A stretch of 64,000 bases of DNA from an uncultured Actinomycetes bacterium (GTDB lineage Bacteria; Actinomycetota; Acidimicrobiia; Acidimicrobiales; CADCTF01). Location of the stretch: assembly GCA_963731055.1 (NCBI GenBank), contig CAVSUD010000009.1, forward strand, positions 196,428 through 260,427. Reading direction: 5' to 3'. How positions within the stretch are numbered: the first letter of the stretch is position 1; each line of letters begins with the position of its first letter. Under the pieces are notes generated by a model. That model did not search any database, was not told the origin of the DNA, and saw only the letters and a program-made list of their open reading frames with translations. The translations under genes and the position numbers were made by a program. Below, piece after piece: positions 43,243-53,150 of this stretch.

Positions 43243-44726
43243 ATGGCTGACGAGTTCGACGACGACGGGGCGCGTCCCGCACCACCGCGCCCTTCGGGCG
43301 AAGGCGTGCGCATCATCGGCGCCCAGGAGGCCGCGGCCCGCGAGGCCGAGCTGGCCGGCCGGCTGCCCGAGGACATGCCGAGGTACGGCGACGTCCCGCC
43401 TCAACCGGCGGGGCCCCGCCCCGCCGTGCGGTTCCCGCTGCCCGAGGACGCCGACCCGACCTCCCTCGTCACCAGCGGCTCGTCCTCGTCGGCTCCGTCG
43501 ACGCCGGCGCCGCCGCCGCCCGATCTGCCGCACTGGACCGAGCCGCCGACGGGCGAGGTGCCCCGCATCCTCGCCACCGACGGCGACGACCACGACGATC
43601 TCGAGGCCTGGTCGGGTCTCACCAACCGCTCGCCCCGCTGGCGGGAGGGCGAACGACTGGGAGGAAGCCGACTTCGACGACGACTCCCTCCTCGAAGACG
43701 AAGGGGAGCGCATGGGCGCCCTCGACGAGCATCGTGCCGAGCGCGACGTCTTCACCTTCGGAGAGGATCAGGAACTGTTCGACGACGAAGACGTGGCCGC
43801 CGCCCCGGCCCGGCCCCAGACCACCCGCATCCGCACCCGCATCCCGGCCGAGCCGGCGGACCTCGGCGGGGGCGGTGGGAGCGGCTCCGGCGGCGGCAAC
43901 GGGGCCGGCGGCGACCGCGACCTGCCCGTCGCCATCGCCGCCGGGGTCGGCATCCTGATCGTGGCCCTGCTGCGCCTTCTCGCAGGGCCCGAAGTGGGCG
44001 GCGGCCTTCTCCACGATCGTGGTCGTCGCCGCCGCGGCCGAGGCCTTCGACGTGTTCCGGCGGGCGGGCCACAAGCCGGCCACGCTGCTCGGTCTGGTCG
44101 CCACCGGATCACTGATGATCGGCGCCTACGTCCGGGGGGAACGGGCCATCCCGCTGGTCCTGGCCCTGGCGGTCGTGTTCGGCATGCTCTGGTACCTGTT
44201 CGGGGTGGTCCGCGGACGACCGTCGGTGAACCTCGGGATCACGTTCCTGGGGCTGCTGTGGGTCGGCTTCCTCGGGTCGTTCGCGTCGCTGATGCTGCGG
44301 TACCCCGATCGGGAGGGCGTCGCCTTCCTGCTCGGCACGGTGCTGGCGGTGGTGGCCAACGATGTCGGCGCGCTGTTCATCGGTCGCAAGTGGGGGAACA
44401 CGCCGCTGGCCGGGGAGATCAGCCCGAACAAGACGTGGGAGGGCTTCGGCGGCGCCGCCGTGTTCACGTTGCTCATCTGCGCCGCGATCGTCAGTCGGAT
44501 CCACCCGTGGGGCTTCGGTTCGGCCATCGTCCTCGGACTCGTGGTCTCGATCGTCGGACCTCTCGGGGACCTCTGCGAGTCGATGGTCAAGCGGGACCTC
44601 GGGCTCAAGGACATGGGGAGCGTGTTGCCGGGCCACGGCGGCGTGCTCGACCGGTTCGACGCCCTGCTCTTCGCCCTCCCGGCCGCCTACTACCTCGTCG
44701 AGCTCCTGAACCTCGCCGGCAAGTAG
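43243..44726 (+). CDS. cdsA: phosphatidate cytidylyltransferase CdsA with ~230-aa acidic/Pro-rich N-terminal extension (>=2 frameshifts as assembled)
   Basis: Core in ORF 44019..44726: NDVGALFIGRKWGNTPLAGEISPNKTWEGFGG and SMVKRDLGLKDMGSVLPGHGGVLDRFDALLF. TM1 (DLPVAIAAGVGILIVALL) and the extension (MADEFDDDG...LPHWTEPPTGEVPRI...DWEEADFDDDSLLEDE) lie upstream in ORFs 43243.. and 42998... Confidence 0.8.
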
Positions 44727-44742
44727 CCGGGGCGGCGCCGGC

Positions 44743-45900
44743 GTGAAGACGGTCTCGCTGGTCGGATCCACCGGCTCGATCGGCACCCAGGCCGTCGACG
44801 TGGTGCGGGCCGAGCCCGACCGCTACCGGGTCGTCGCCCTCGGTGCCTCCACGTCGGTCGGGACGCTGGCCGCCCAGGCCAACGAGCTCCGGCCCGACGT
44901 CGTCGCCATCGCCGACGCCGGCCTGGTCGACGAGCTGGCCAGGCTCGTGCCGAAGGGCACCGAGGTGCTCGGCGGCCCGGAGGCGCTGGCCGCCATCGCC
45001 ACCGAGGCCGACGTCGTGGTCAACGGGGTCGTCGGTTTCGCCGGCCTCCCGGTGACCCTGGCCGCGCTGCACGCCGGCCGGCGCCTGGCGCTGGCCAACA
45101 AGGAGTCGCTGATCGCGGCCGGCCCCGTGGTGCAACGGGCCCGCCAGACCCCCGGCGCCGAGATCGTCCCGGTCGACTCCGAGCACTGCGCCGTCCACCA
45201 GTGCCTGCGGGGCAATCCGCTCGAGCGGGTGGCCCGCATCGTCCTCACCGCCAGTGGGGGACCCTTCCGCGGCCGGTCCTCCGACGAGCTCGCCGCCATC
45301 ACGGTGGAGGAGGCGCTGGCCCATCCGACGTGGTCGATGGGGCCGAAGATCACGGTGGACTCGTCGACGCTGATGAACAAGGGGCTCGAGGTCATCGAGG
45401 CGAACGAGCTGTTTCAGGTGGGCTACGACCGCATCGACGTCGTCGTGCACCCGCAGTCGGTCGTGCACTCGATGGTCGAGTACAGCGACGGCGCCACCAT
45501 GGCCCAGCTGTCGATGCCCGACATGCGCCTGCCCATCGGGTACGCCCTCGCCTACCCCGACCGGGGGGCGGCGTCGTGGGGGGCCATCGACTGGACCGCC
45601 CTCGGCCGGTTGGACTTCGAGCCGCCGGACCTCGAGCTCTTCCCCTGCCTGGGGCTCGCCTACGCGGCCGGTCGCGAGGGCGGCGACGCCCCGGCGACGC
45701 TGAACGCCGCCAACGAGGTGGCGGTGGCCGCCTTCCTCGACGGGCTCATCCCCTGGCTGGGGATCGCCGAGGTCATAGAAGCGGCCCTGGACGGCCACAA
45801 TGGAGGAGACCTCGAATCGGCCGAGGACGTCGTCGAGGCCGACCGGAGGGCCCGGGAACGGGCCCGCCACGCGGTCGATCGGAGAACGGGAGCGGCATGA
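44743..45900 (+). CDS. dxr: 1-deoxy-D-xylulose-5-phosphate reductoisomerase
   Basis: Intact 385-aa [18 protein letters not shown] (NADPH site), [28 protein letters not shown]. Confidence 0.95.
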   Translation: MKTVSLVGSTGSIGTQAVDVVRAEPDRYRVVALGASTSVGTLAAQANELRPDVVAIADAGLVDELARLVPKGTEVLGGPEALAAIATEADVVVNGVVGFAGLPVTLAALHAGRRLALANKESLIAAGPVVQRARQTPGAEIVPVDSEHCAVHQCLRGNPLERVARIVLTASGGPFRGRSSDELAAITVEEALAHPTWSMGPKITVDSSTLMNKGLEVIEANELFQVGYDRIDVVVHPQSVVHSMVEYSDGATMAQLSMPDMRLPIGYALAYPDRGAASWGAIDWTALGRLDFEPPDLELFPCLGLAYAAGREGGDAPATLNAANEVAVAAFLDGLIPWLGIAEVIEAALDGHNGGDLESAEDVVEADRRARERARHAVDRRTGAA

Positions 45901-47241
45901 CCGACCTCATCGAACCCACCACCGAGGCCGAGGCCGAGGAGGCCGCCCGCAAGAAGGCGCCCCCGACGCCCGAGGAGCAGCGCTCGGCCTCGATCCGCCT
46001 GCTCGTCGTGCTGGCCGTGGGCGCCGCCATCACGGTGGCGACGGGCGCGACCAAGACGGTGCTGGTCGTGGTCGCCCTCATCACCATGGTGATGCTCCAC
46101 GAGCTCGGCCACTACCTCACGGCCAAGTGGGGCGGCATGAAGGTGACCGAGTTCTTCGTCGGGTTCGGGCCCCGCCTGTGGTCCGTGCGCAGGGGCGAGA
46201 CCGAGTACGGGGTCAAGGCGCTGCCCCTCGGGGGCTACGTCAAGATCCTCGGCATGCACAACCTCGATCCGATCGAGGACCCTGCGGACGAGCCCCGCAC
46301 CTACCGGCGTCAGTCCTTCGGCCGACGCCTGTCCGTCGCCGTCGCCGGCTCGACGATGCACTTCATCATCGCCTTCCTGCTCTTCTTCACGGTCAACGCC
46401 TTCGTCGGCGTCCCGACCATCGGCACGACCATCGGCGGCGTCCTCGCCTTCGACGGAGGCGGGCCGAGCCCGGCCCAGGAGGCCGGCCTGCGGGTGGGCG
46501 ACAAGGTGCTCGCCATCGACGGCGTGGCCGCCGACAGCTGGGACACGGTCCGCAAGCACATCGCGGCGCGCCCCGGCCAGCCCATCGCCATGACCGTCGT
46601 GCGGGCCGGCCAGCGGGTCGAGCTGACGGCGACGCCGGTCGACATCAGCCAGGTCAAGATCGACGGCGAGACCATCTCCAACGACAAGCCGCGGCTTCCT
46701 CGGCCTCGAGCCGAAGGACGAGTACCGCACCGTCAACCCCGTCACGGCCGTCGGCCGGTCGGCCAAGCAGTGGGTCGGCGGCGGGTTCGACGGCGCCGAG
46801 GACGTGGCGCCGGGCCTCATCGACAACGCCAAGGCGCTGGGGAGCATCGCCAGTCCATCGGGCGCATCGAGCCTCTGGACGAACATCACGGGTGGGGCCG
46901 ACGGCAAGGGCGATCCCGACGGCGTGCGGTTCCTGTCGCCGGTCGGTTTCGTCCGGGTCGCCGGCCAGGCGGCGGAGAACAGCCTCTTCGCCGTGCTGAG
47001 CCTCCTCATCGCCATCAACGTGTTCGTCGGCATCTTCAACTTGTTGCCGCTCCTGCCCCTCGACGGCGGCCACGTGGTCATCGCCGTCTACGAGGCGGTG
47101 CGATCGAAGGTGGCCAAGAAGCGGTACACCGCCGACGTGGCCAAGCTCATGCCCCTCACCTACGCCGTCGTGCTCCTGATGGTGTTCCTCGGTGTGTCGG
47201 CGCTGTACCTCGACATCGTCCGTCCGCTGAACTTCCGGTAG
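45897..47241 (+). CDS. rseP: site-2 (M50) zinc metalloprotease RseP/Rip1-like (1 frameshift near 46690)
   Basis: MLHELGHYLTAKW (HExxH), a PDZ-like segment GLRVGDKVLAIDG, and C-terminal FNLLPLLPLDGGH (ORFs 45201.. frame and 46804..47241). ATG overlaps the dxr stop. Confidence 0.85.
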
Positions 47242-47248
47242 GCGAACC

Positions 47249-48495
47249 ATGGACTTCACGACCTCCGCGCCCCGGCGCAAGACCCGCCAGATCATGGTCG
47301 GGAACGTTCCCGTCGGCGGCGACGCGCCGATCACGGTGCAGTCGATGACCATCACGAAGACGGCCGACGTCGAGGGCACCCTGCAGCAGATCTACGCCCT
47401 GGCCGCGGCCGGCGCCGACATCGTGCGCTGCACGTGCAACGAGATGGAGGCGGCCGAAGGGCTGGCCCAGATCGTGCCCCGTTCGCCCGGTGCCGATCGT
47501 CGCCGACATCCACCACCAGTACAAGATGGCCCTCGCCGCCCTCGACGCCGGCGTCGCACTGCCTGCGGCTCAACCCGGGCAACATCCGCCGGCCCGAGCA
47601 CATCAAGGCCGTGGCCGAGGAGTGCCAAGGACCGCGGCGTGCCCATCCGCATCGGCGTGAACGGCGGCGTCGCTCGACCCGAAGCTCTACGAGAAGTACG
47701 GCGGCAGGTCACGCCCGAGGCGATGGTCGAGTCGGCGCAGCAGGAGCTGGCCTACTTCGACGAGGTCGGCTTCGACGACGTCAAGATCTCGGTCAAGGCG
47801 TCGAACGTGCCGCTGATGATCGAGGCCTACCGCCAGCTCTCCGAGGCCACCGACTACCCCCTCCACCTCGGGCGTCACCGAGGCCGGTCCGCCGCCGGCC
47901 GGCCTGATCAAGGCCACGGCCGGCATCGCCACGCTCCTGGCCGAGGGCATCGGCGACACCATCCGCTACTCGCTCACCGCCGACCCCGTCGAGGAGGCGC
48001 GGGCCGGCCGCCAGCTCCTCGAAGCCATGGGGCTGCGGGAGCGCAAGGACGTCGACCTGATCGCCTGCCCGTCGTGCGGGCGGGCCGAGGTCGACGTGAT
48101 CGCGGTGGCCAAGGCCGCCATGGAGGCCTTCGGTGACCGGGAGATCCCGCTCCAGGTCGCGGTCATGGGGTGCGTGGTGAACGGCCCCGGCGAGGCGCGC
48201 GACGCCGACCTCGGGATCGCCGCCGGCCGCAAGAAGGGCCACCTGTTCATCAAGGGGCGGAACGTCGGCGGTCGTCCCCGAGGACGAGATGGTGGAGACC
48301 CTCGTGCGCTACGCCGAGCGGATCATGGAGGAGGGGGTCGAAGCGGTGCTCGCGTCGGCCGACCTCGACAAGGCCAAGAAGGCGGCCGACGCCGACCGTG
48401 CCGCGCTCCTGGGCGAGCAGGGCGCGGACGCCAACGACGCCGGCACACGCGTCGAGCTCATCCGCAAGACGGTGGAGGGCGAGCGGCCAGACTGA
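47249..48495 (+). CDS. ispG: 4-hydroxy-3-methylbut-2-enyl diphosphate synthase IspG (>=5 frameshifts as assembled)
   Basis: APITVQSMT, ADIVRCTCNEMEAAEGL, CLRLNPGNI, VKISVKASNVPLMIEAYR, ACPSCGRAEVD, VMGCVVNGPGEARDADLGI. The tail is in ORF 48289..48495. Confidence 0.9.
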
Positions 48496-48499
48496 CGGG

Positions 48500-48999
48500 G
48501 TGCACCGGGTCTGGCAGTGGGTCGCGGCGTCGGCCTTCGGCCTCGCACTCGTCGCCGCGCCCGTCGTGAGCGCACCGGCGGCGCCGGCTCAGGTCCTCGA
48601 CCCCCCGCCGCCCACGACCGCGGCGCCCGCCCCCACCCCGACCACCGCGGCTCCGGCGACCACGGCGGCCCCGCCCGAGACCACCGCAGCACCCGAGACG
48701 ACGGCCGCCCCGGCCACGACGGCAGCATCGGCCAAGCCGGCGACGACCCGTCCGCCGGGTCCGAGCACGACCACCATCCCGCCGACGACCACGACCCCCG
48801 AGCAGCTGCCGACGTTGCCGCCGCTCCCCGGGGGCCAGGGCGGCCCGACCCCGGCGACCACGCCCCCCCGGCGTCGGACCGGAACCTGGCTCGGGTCAGC
48901 CCGTTGTTCCCGGCCCTGAGCGCCGGTGGGTTCACGGTTGCCCTGCTCATCGTCGTCGTCCGGTTCCTCGTCCGCCCGCGACGAGTCCCGAAGCGGTAG
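48500..48999 (+). CDS. Thr/Pro/Ala-rich secreted protein with C-terminal hydrophobic anchor (1 frameshift in a C7 run near 48863)
   Basis: GTG 48500 gives VHRVWQWVAASAFGLALVAAPVVSAPAAPA (signal peptide). TTAAPxx repeats follow. The C-terminus ..SPLFPALSAGGFTVALLIVVVRFLVRPRRVPKR is in ORF 48517..48999. Confidence 0.45.
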
Positions 49000-49042
49000 C
49001 GCTCACGCCGCCGACACGCTCCGGGAGGAACGAGATGGGGGT

Positions 49043-50139
49043 CAGTCGAAGAGGATGACGGAGCGGGCGATCTCGCCCTGCTTCATCGCGGCGAAGCCGT
49101 CGTTGATGTCGTCGAGCGTGATGCGGCGCCGAGACGAGCTCGTCGAGCTTGAGGCGGCCCTGGAGGTAGAGGTCGACGTAGCGGGGCATGTCGACGCGGA
49201 AGCGGTTCGAGCCCATGTTCGAGCCCTGGATCTTCTTCTCGCCCAGGAACTCGAAGCCGTGGAGCTCGATCGTCTGGCCGACCGGGATCATGCCGATGAC
49301 CGTGGCGGTGCCGCCCGTGCGCAGCATCGGCGAACGCCTGCTCGGCCGTCACCTTCAGGCCGATGGCCTCGAAGGCGTAGTGCACGCCGCCGCCGGTCAG
49401 CTCCATCACCTGCTGCGACGGCGTCGCCGTCGCGAGGCGTTGACCACGTCGGTGGCGCCGAACGCCTCGGCCAGCTCGAGCTTCGAGGCGAGCATGTCGA
49501 CGGCGATGATCCGCGACGGCGCCGGCGATGCAGGCGCCCTGGATGGCGTTGAGGCCGATGCCGCCGCAGCCGATGACGGCGACGGTCGCGCCGGGCTCGA
49601 CCTTGGCGGTGTTGAACACCGCGCCGAGGCCGGTGGTGACGCCGCAGCCGATGAGGGCGGCGCGGTCGAGCGGCATGTCCTTGTGGATCTTCACGATGGC
49701 GTGCTCGTGCACGAGCATCTGCTCGGCGAACGACGACAGGTTCGAGGAACTGGTTCATGACCGCGCCGTCCGGTCGGGCTGAGCCGCGGCCGCATCGCCC
49801 ATCGGCCGGCGGGTCTCGGGGTTCTGGCACAGCGACAGGTGCGCCCGGTGAGGCAGTACTCGCAGTGGCCGCAGAAGACCGAGAGGCAGGTGATGACGTG
49901 GTCGCCGGGCTGGACGTAGGTGACCTGATCGCCGACGGCCTCGACGACGCCGGCCGACTCGTGGCCGAGCACGACCGGCACCTGGGCGGGGTACTTGCGC
50001 CTCCATGAAGTGGAGGTCGCTGTGGCACAGGCCGGCGGCGGACGGTGCGGACCAGGACCTCGCGGGGTCCCGGCTTGTCGATGGCGACCTCTTCGATCTC
50101 GAGGTCGCCGGGACAGGAGTTGAGGACAGCGGCTTTCAT
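49043..50139 (-). CDS. zinc-dependent alcohol dehydrogenase family protein (>=6 frameshifts as assembled)
   Basis: MKAAVLNSCPGDLEIEEVAIDKPGPREVLVR, KYPAQVPVVLGHESAGVVEAVGDQVTYVQPGDHVITCLSVFCGHCEYCLTG, LIGCGVTTGLGAVFNTAKVEPGATVAVIGCGGIGLNAIQGA, TATVIGMIPVGQTIELHGFEFLGEKKIQGS. Fragments lie in all three minus-strand frames. Confidence 0.8.
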
Positions 50140-50188
50140 GGCCCGAATCTTGTCGGGTCCGCGGGGGCCGCGCTCGTACGATGCCGGG

Positions 50189-51901
50189 ATGCGCATGTCC
50201 CGGCTCCTCCTCCGCACCCTGCGCGACGCGCCGAGCGACGCCGAGGCCGTCTCCCACCAGCTGCTCGTGCGGGCGGGCTACATCCGCCGCCACGCGTCCG
50301 GCATCTACACGTTCCTGCCCCTCGGGTGGAAGCTCCTCCAGCGGGTCGAGGAGATCGTGCGCTCGGAGATGGAGGCGGCCGGCGCGCAGGAGATGCTGAT
50401 GCCGATCCTGCAGAGCGTCGAGCTCTGGGAGTCCACGAACCGGCTGGCGACGATGGAGGACATCCTCTTCCGCCTCGAGGGCAAGGGCGGCGACTTCGTG
50501 CTCGGGCCCACCCACGAGGAGGTCGTCACGGCCACCGTCGCCGCCGAGGTCGACAGCTATCGCGATCTGCCCCTCAACGTGTTCCAGATCCAGTTCAAGT
50601 ATCGGGACGAGGCCCGTCCCCGGTTCGGGCTGTTGCGGGGGCGCGAGTTCATCATGAAGGACGCCTACTCCTTCGACGTGAGCCCTGCCGGCATGCAGGA
50701 GCAGTACCAGACGATGTATGCCGCCTATTGCCGCGTGTTCGACCGTTGCGGCCTCACCTACCAGCCCGTCGAGGCGGAGTCCGGCGCCATCGGCGGCGAG
50801 GTCAACCACGAGTTCATGGTGGCGAGCGCGATCGGCGAGGACTTCTACGTCTCGTGTCCCAAGGGCGACTACTCCGCCAACACCGAAGCGGCCGTGGCCG
50901 GCGACCGCTGGGTCGACAAGCCCGTGCCGCCCGAACCCCTCGAGGAGCACCACACCCCCGACCGTCCCGGCATCGACCTGGTGGTCGAGCACTTCGTGGC
51001 GGCCGGACGCGACCTCGACGCGAGCGGGATGCTCAAGTGCATCGCCCTGGTCGACACCGAGGCCGACGACGCACCCGTGATCGTGCTCGTGCCCGGCGAT
51101 CGTGAGGTCCGGGTGCCCGCGGGCATGCGGCCCTTCGCCGACGACGACTTCGCCCGCCACCCCGGGCTGCACAAGGGCTACATCGGGCCCATGGGTCTGC
51201 AGGCCCAGGGCGTGCGGGTGCTGGCCGACAAGTCCGTGAAGGCGCCCCGCACGTGGGTGACCGGAGCCAATCGAGCCGACCACCACGTCAGCGGGGCGAC
51301 CCTCGGGCGCGACTTCGAGGTCGACGCCTTCGGGAACCACGCCACCGTCACCGCCGGCGACCCCTGCCCGCGGTGCGGGACGCCCGTGGAGCTCGTCCGC
51401 TCGGTCGAGGCCGGCCACACCTTCCAGCTCGGTCTCACCTACAGCCTCAAGATCCCGGGGGCCACATTCCTCGACGAGGACGGCAAGGAGCAGCCCTTCT
51501 GGATGGGCTGCTACGGCATCGGCATCTCCCGCCTGCCGGCGGTGGTGGCCGAGGAGCACCACGACGAGCACGGCCTGTGCTGGCCGCCCGAGGTGGCGCC
51601 CTTCCAGGTCCACCTGCTGAGCCTCGGCGCCAACCGCAACGCCGAGGTGGCCGAGGCCGCCGACCGGATCTACGACGAGTTGACCGCCGCCGGCGTCCGG
51701 GTCCTGTACGACGACCGTGAGGCCTCGGGCGGCGTGAAGTTCGCCGATGCGGACCTCCTGGGCATGCCGACGCAGCTCCTCGTCGGCGCGAAGGGCCTGG
51801 CCAAGGGCATCGTCGAGCGCAAGGACCGCCGTACCGGCGACCGCGACGAGCTCCCCCTCGACCAGGTCACCGCCGCTTTCCGGCGCGAACGGACGGCATA
51901 G
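50189..51901 (+). CDS. proS: proline--tRNA ligase (bacterial type)
   Basis: Intact. Internal ATG 50189 of ORF 50045..51901. MRMSRLLLRTLRDAPSDAEAVSHQLLVRAGYIRR, motif 2 FRDEARPRFGLLRGREFIMKDAYSF, motif 3 GCYGIGISRL. Confidence 0.95.
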   Translation: MRMSRLLLRTLRDAPSDAEAVSHQLLVRAGYIRRHASGIYTFLPLGWKLLQRVEEIVRSEMEAAGAQEMLMPILQSVELWESTNRLATMEDILFRLEGKGGDFVLGPTHEEVVTATVAAEVDSYRDLPLNVFQIQFKYRDEARPRFGLLRGREFIMKDAYSFDVSPAGMQEQYQTMYAAYCRVFDRCGLTYQPVEAESGAIGGEVNHEFMVASAIGEDFYVSCPKGDYSANTEAAVAGDRWVDKPVPPEPLEEHHTPDRPGIDLVVEHFVAAGRDLDASGMLKCIALVDTEADDAPVIVLVPGDREVRVPAGMRPFADDDFARHPGLHKGYIGPMGLQAQGVRVLADKSVKAPRTWVTGANRADHHVSGATLGRDFEVDAFGNHATVTAGDPCPRCGTPVELVRSVEAGHTFQLGLTYSLKIPGATFLDEDGKEQPFWMGCYGIGISRLPAVVAEEHHDEHGLCWPPEVAPFQVHLLSLGANRNAEVAEAADRIYDELTAAGVRVLYDDREASGGVKFADADLLGMPTQLLVGAKGLAKGIVERKDRRTGDRDELPLDQVTAAFRRERTA

Positions 51902-51922
51902 CCCCCGTTCGCGCCGGAAAGC
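51875..51922. repeat. palindromic repeat element, copy A (terminator-like hairpin spanning the proS stop)
   Basis: GCTTTCCGGCGCGAACGG-ACGGCATAGCCC-CCGTTCGCGCCGGAAAGC. The proS TAG lies in the loop. A near-identical copy is at 60986-61032. Confidence 0.7.
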
Positions 51923-51938
51923 GATTAGGAAGACAGCC

Positions 51939-52536
51939 ATGGACGTCTTCGAAGCGATCAGGACCACCCGGGCGATGCGGCGACTCGACCCCGCCAAGCC
52001 GGTCGAGCGACGAGGACCTCTGGACGATCGTCGAGGCCGCCACCAAGGCGGCGACCGGCGGCAACAGCCAGCCGGTGCGCTGGCTGGTGGTCACCGACGC
52101 CGAGAAGCGGGCCAAGCTCGGCGAGATCTACAAGAAGTCGTGGGCACCGGTGGCCGAGATGTACCGCACCCGTACGCCGGCCGATGACACGACGACCCAG
52201 CGGGTGCTCAACAGCGCCGATCACCTCGGCGAGCACATGGGCGACGCCCCGGCGATCATCGTCCCGTGCGCGAAGAACGGCGACCCGGCGAGCGTCTATC
52301 CCGGGGTGCAGAACCTGTTCCTGGCCGCCCGCGCCCTCGGCCTCGGCACCACCCTGACCACCGTGCACAAGCTCAACGAGCAGGAGGTGCGGGACGTGCT
52401 CGCCATCCCCGAGGACGTCCAGACCTACGCACTGATCCCCGTCGGTCACCCGACCGGCAAGTGGGGCGAGGCCCAGCGACGGCCGGTCGAGGAGACGACC
52501 TACTGGGACACCTGGAAGGAGTCCCGCACCCGGTAG
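51939..52536 (+). CDS. nitroreductase family protein (1 frameshift near 52005)
   Basis: MDVFEAIRTTRAMRRLDPAKPV (ORF 51747.. frame), then VRWLVVTDAEKRAKLGEIY...NLFLAARALGLGTTLTTVH...YALIPVGHPTGKWG (ORF 52075..52536). Confidence 0.8.
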
Positions 52537-52628
52537 TCGGCCCGTCCCCGGAGGCCGACGAAGCCGCCCAAAGCTTGGTCGCCAGCTATACTCCTCGGGC
52601 TGTTCCGTTGGACATCGGGTGGTTGGGC

Positions 52629-52659
52629 AAGCGTGGGCGGAAGCCCACGCTTCTCTTTT
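52629..52659 (+). terminator. canonical U-tailed intrinsic terminator / candidate leader attenuator upstream of rimP-nusA-infB
   Basis: AAGCGTGGGC-GGAA-GCCCACGCTT (10-bp stem, GNRA loop) followed by CTCTTTT. It lies 18 nt upstream of the rimP GTG. RBS GGAAGGGAGG at 52660-52669. TATACT (-10-like) at 52587-52592. Confidence 0.55.
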
Positions 52660-52676
52660 GGAAGGGAGGCTGGATC

Positions 52677-53150
52677 GTGAACGTCGTCGACCGGGTGCGC
52701 GAGCTGATCGAGCCGCTCGTTACCTCTCAGGGCGGTGAGGTGGTGGATGTCGAGCACGGTCCCGGCCTCCTCCGCATCTACCTCGACCGCGGCGAGGGCG
52801 GCATCGACCTCGAGGCCATCACCCGTTTCAGTGAGCAGATCTCCGACCTCCTCGACGTCGAGGATCCGGTGCCCGGGCGCTACACCCTCGAGGTGTCCAG
52901 CCCGGGCCTGGAACGACCGCTGAAGACGCCGGCGCACTTCCAGCGCTTCGTCGGCACGGTGGTCAGCGTCAAGACCACGTCGAAGGTCGAGGGCGACCGT
53001 CGGTTCCAGGGTCCCCTCACCGAGGCGACCGACGAGACGGTCACGGTCGGGGGCCGGACGCTCCGCTACGACGAGATCGAGAAGGCGAAGACGGTCTTCG
53101 AATGGGGACCCACGCCGAAGAAGACGACGAAGAAAGCGACCACGACATGA
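52677..53150 (+). CDS. rimP: ribosome maturation factor RimP
   Basis: GTG 52677 within ORF 52266..53150. VRELIEPLVTSQGGEVVDVE...LRIYLDR..GIDLEAITRFSEQISDLLDVEDPVPGRYTLEVSSPGLERPLK. Intact. Confidence 0.9.
   Translation: MNVVDRVRELIEPLVTSQGGEVVDVEHGPGLLRIYLDRGEGGIDLEAITRFSEQISDLLDVEDPVPGRYTLEVSSPGLERPLKTPAHFQRFVGTVVSVKTTSKVEGDRRFQGPLTEATDETVTVGGRTLRYDEIEKAKTVFEWGPTPKKTTKKATTT

Noticed and set aside
49691-51997. 768-aa ORF on the minus strand.
   Set aside because: Most of it is antisense to the intact proS gene. Only short stretches near 49.7-50.1 kb correspond to fragments of the alcohol dehydrogenase, and the rest has no recognisable motif.
52537-52676. A tRNA (metY-like) upstream of the nusA operon, as in E. 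coli.
   Set aside because: There is no cloverleaf, no T-loop GTTCRANYC motif and no acceptor stem. The region holds only a simple terminator hairpin.
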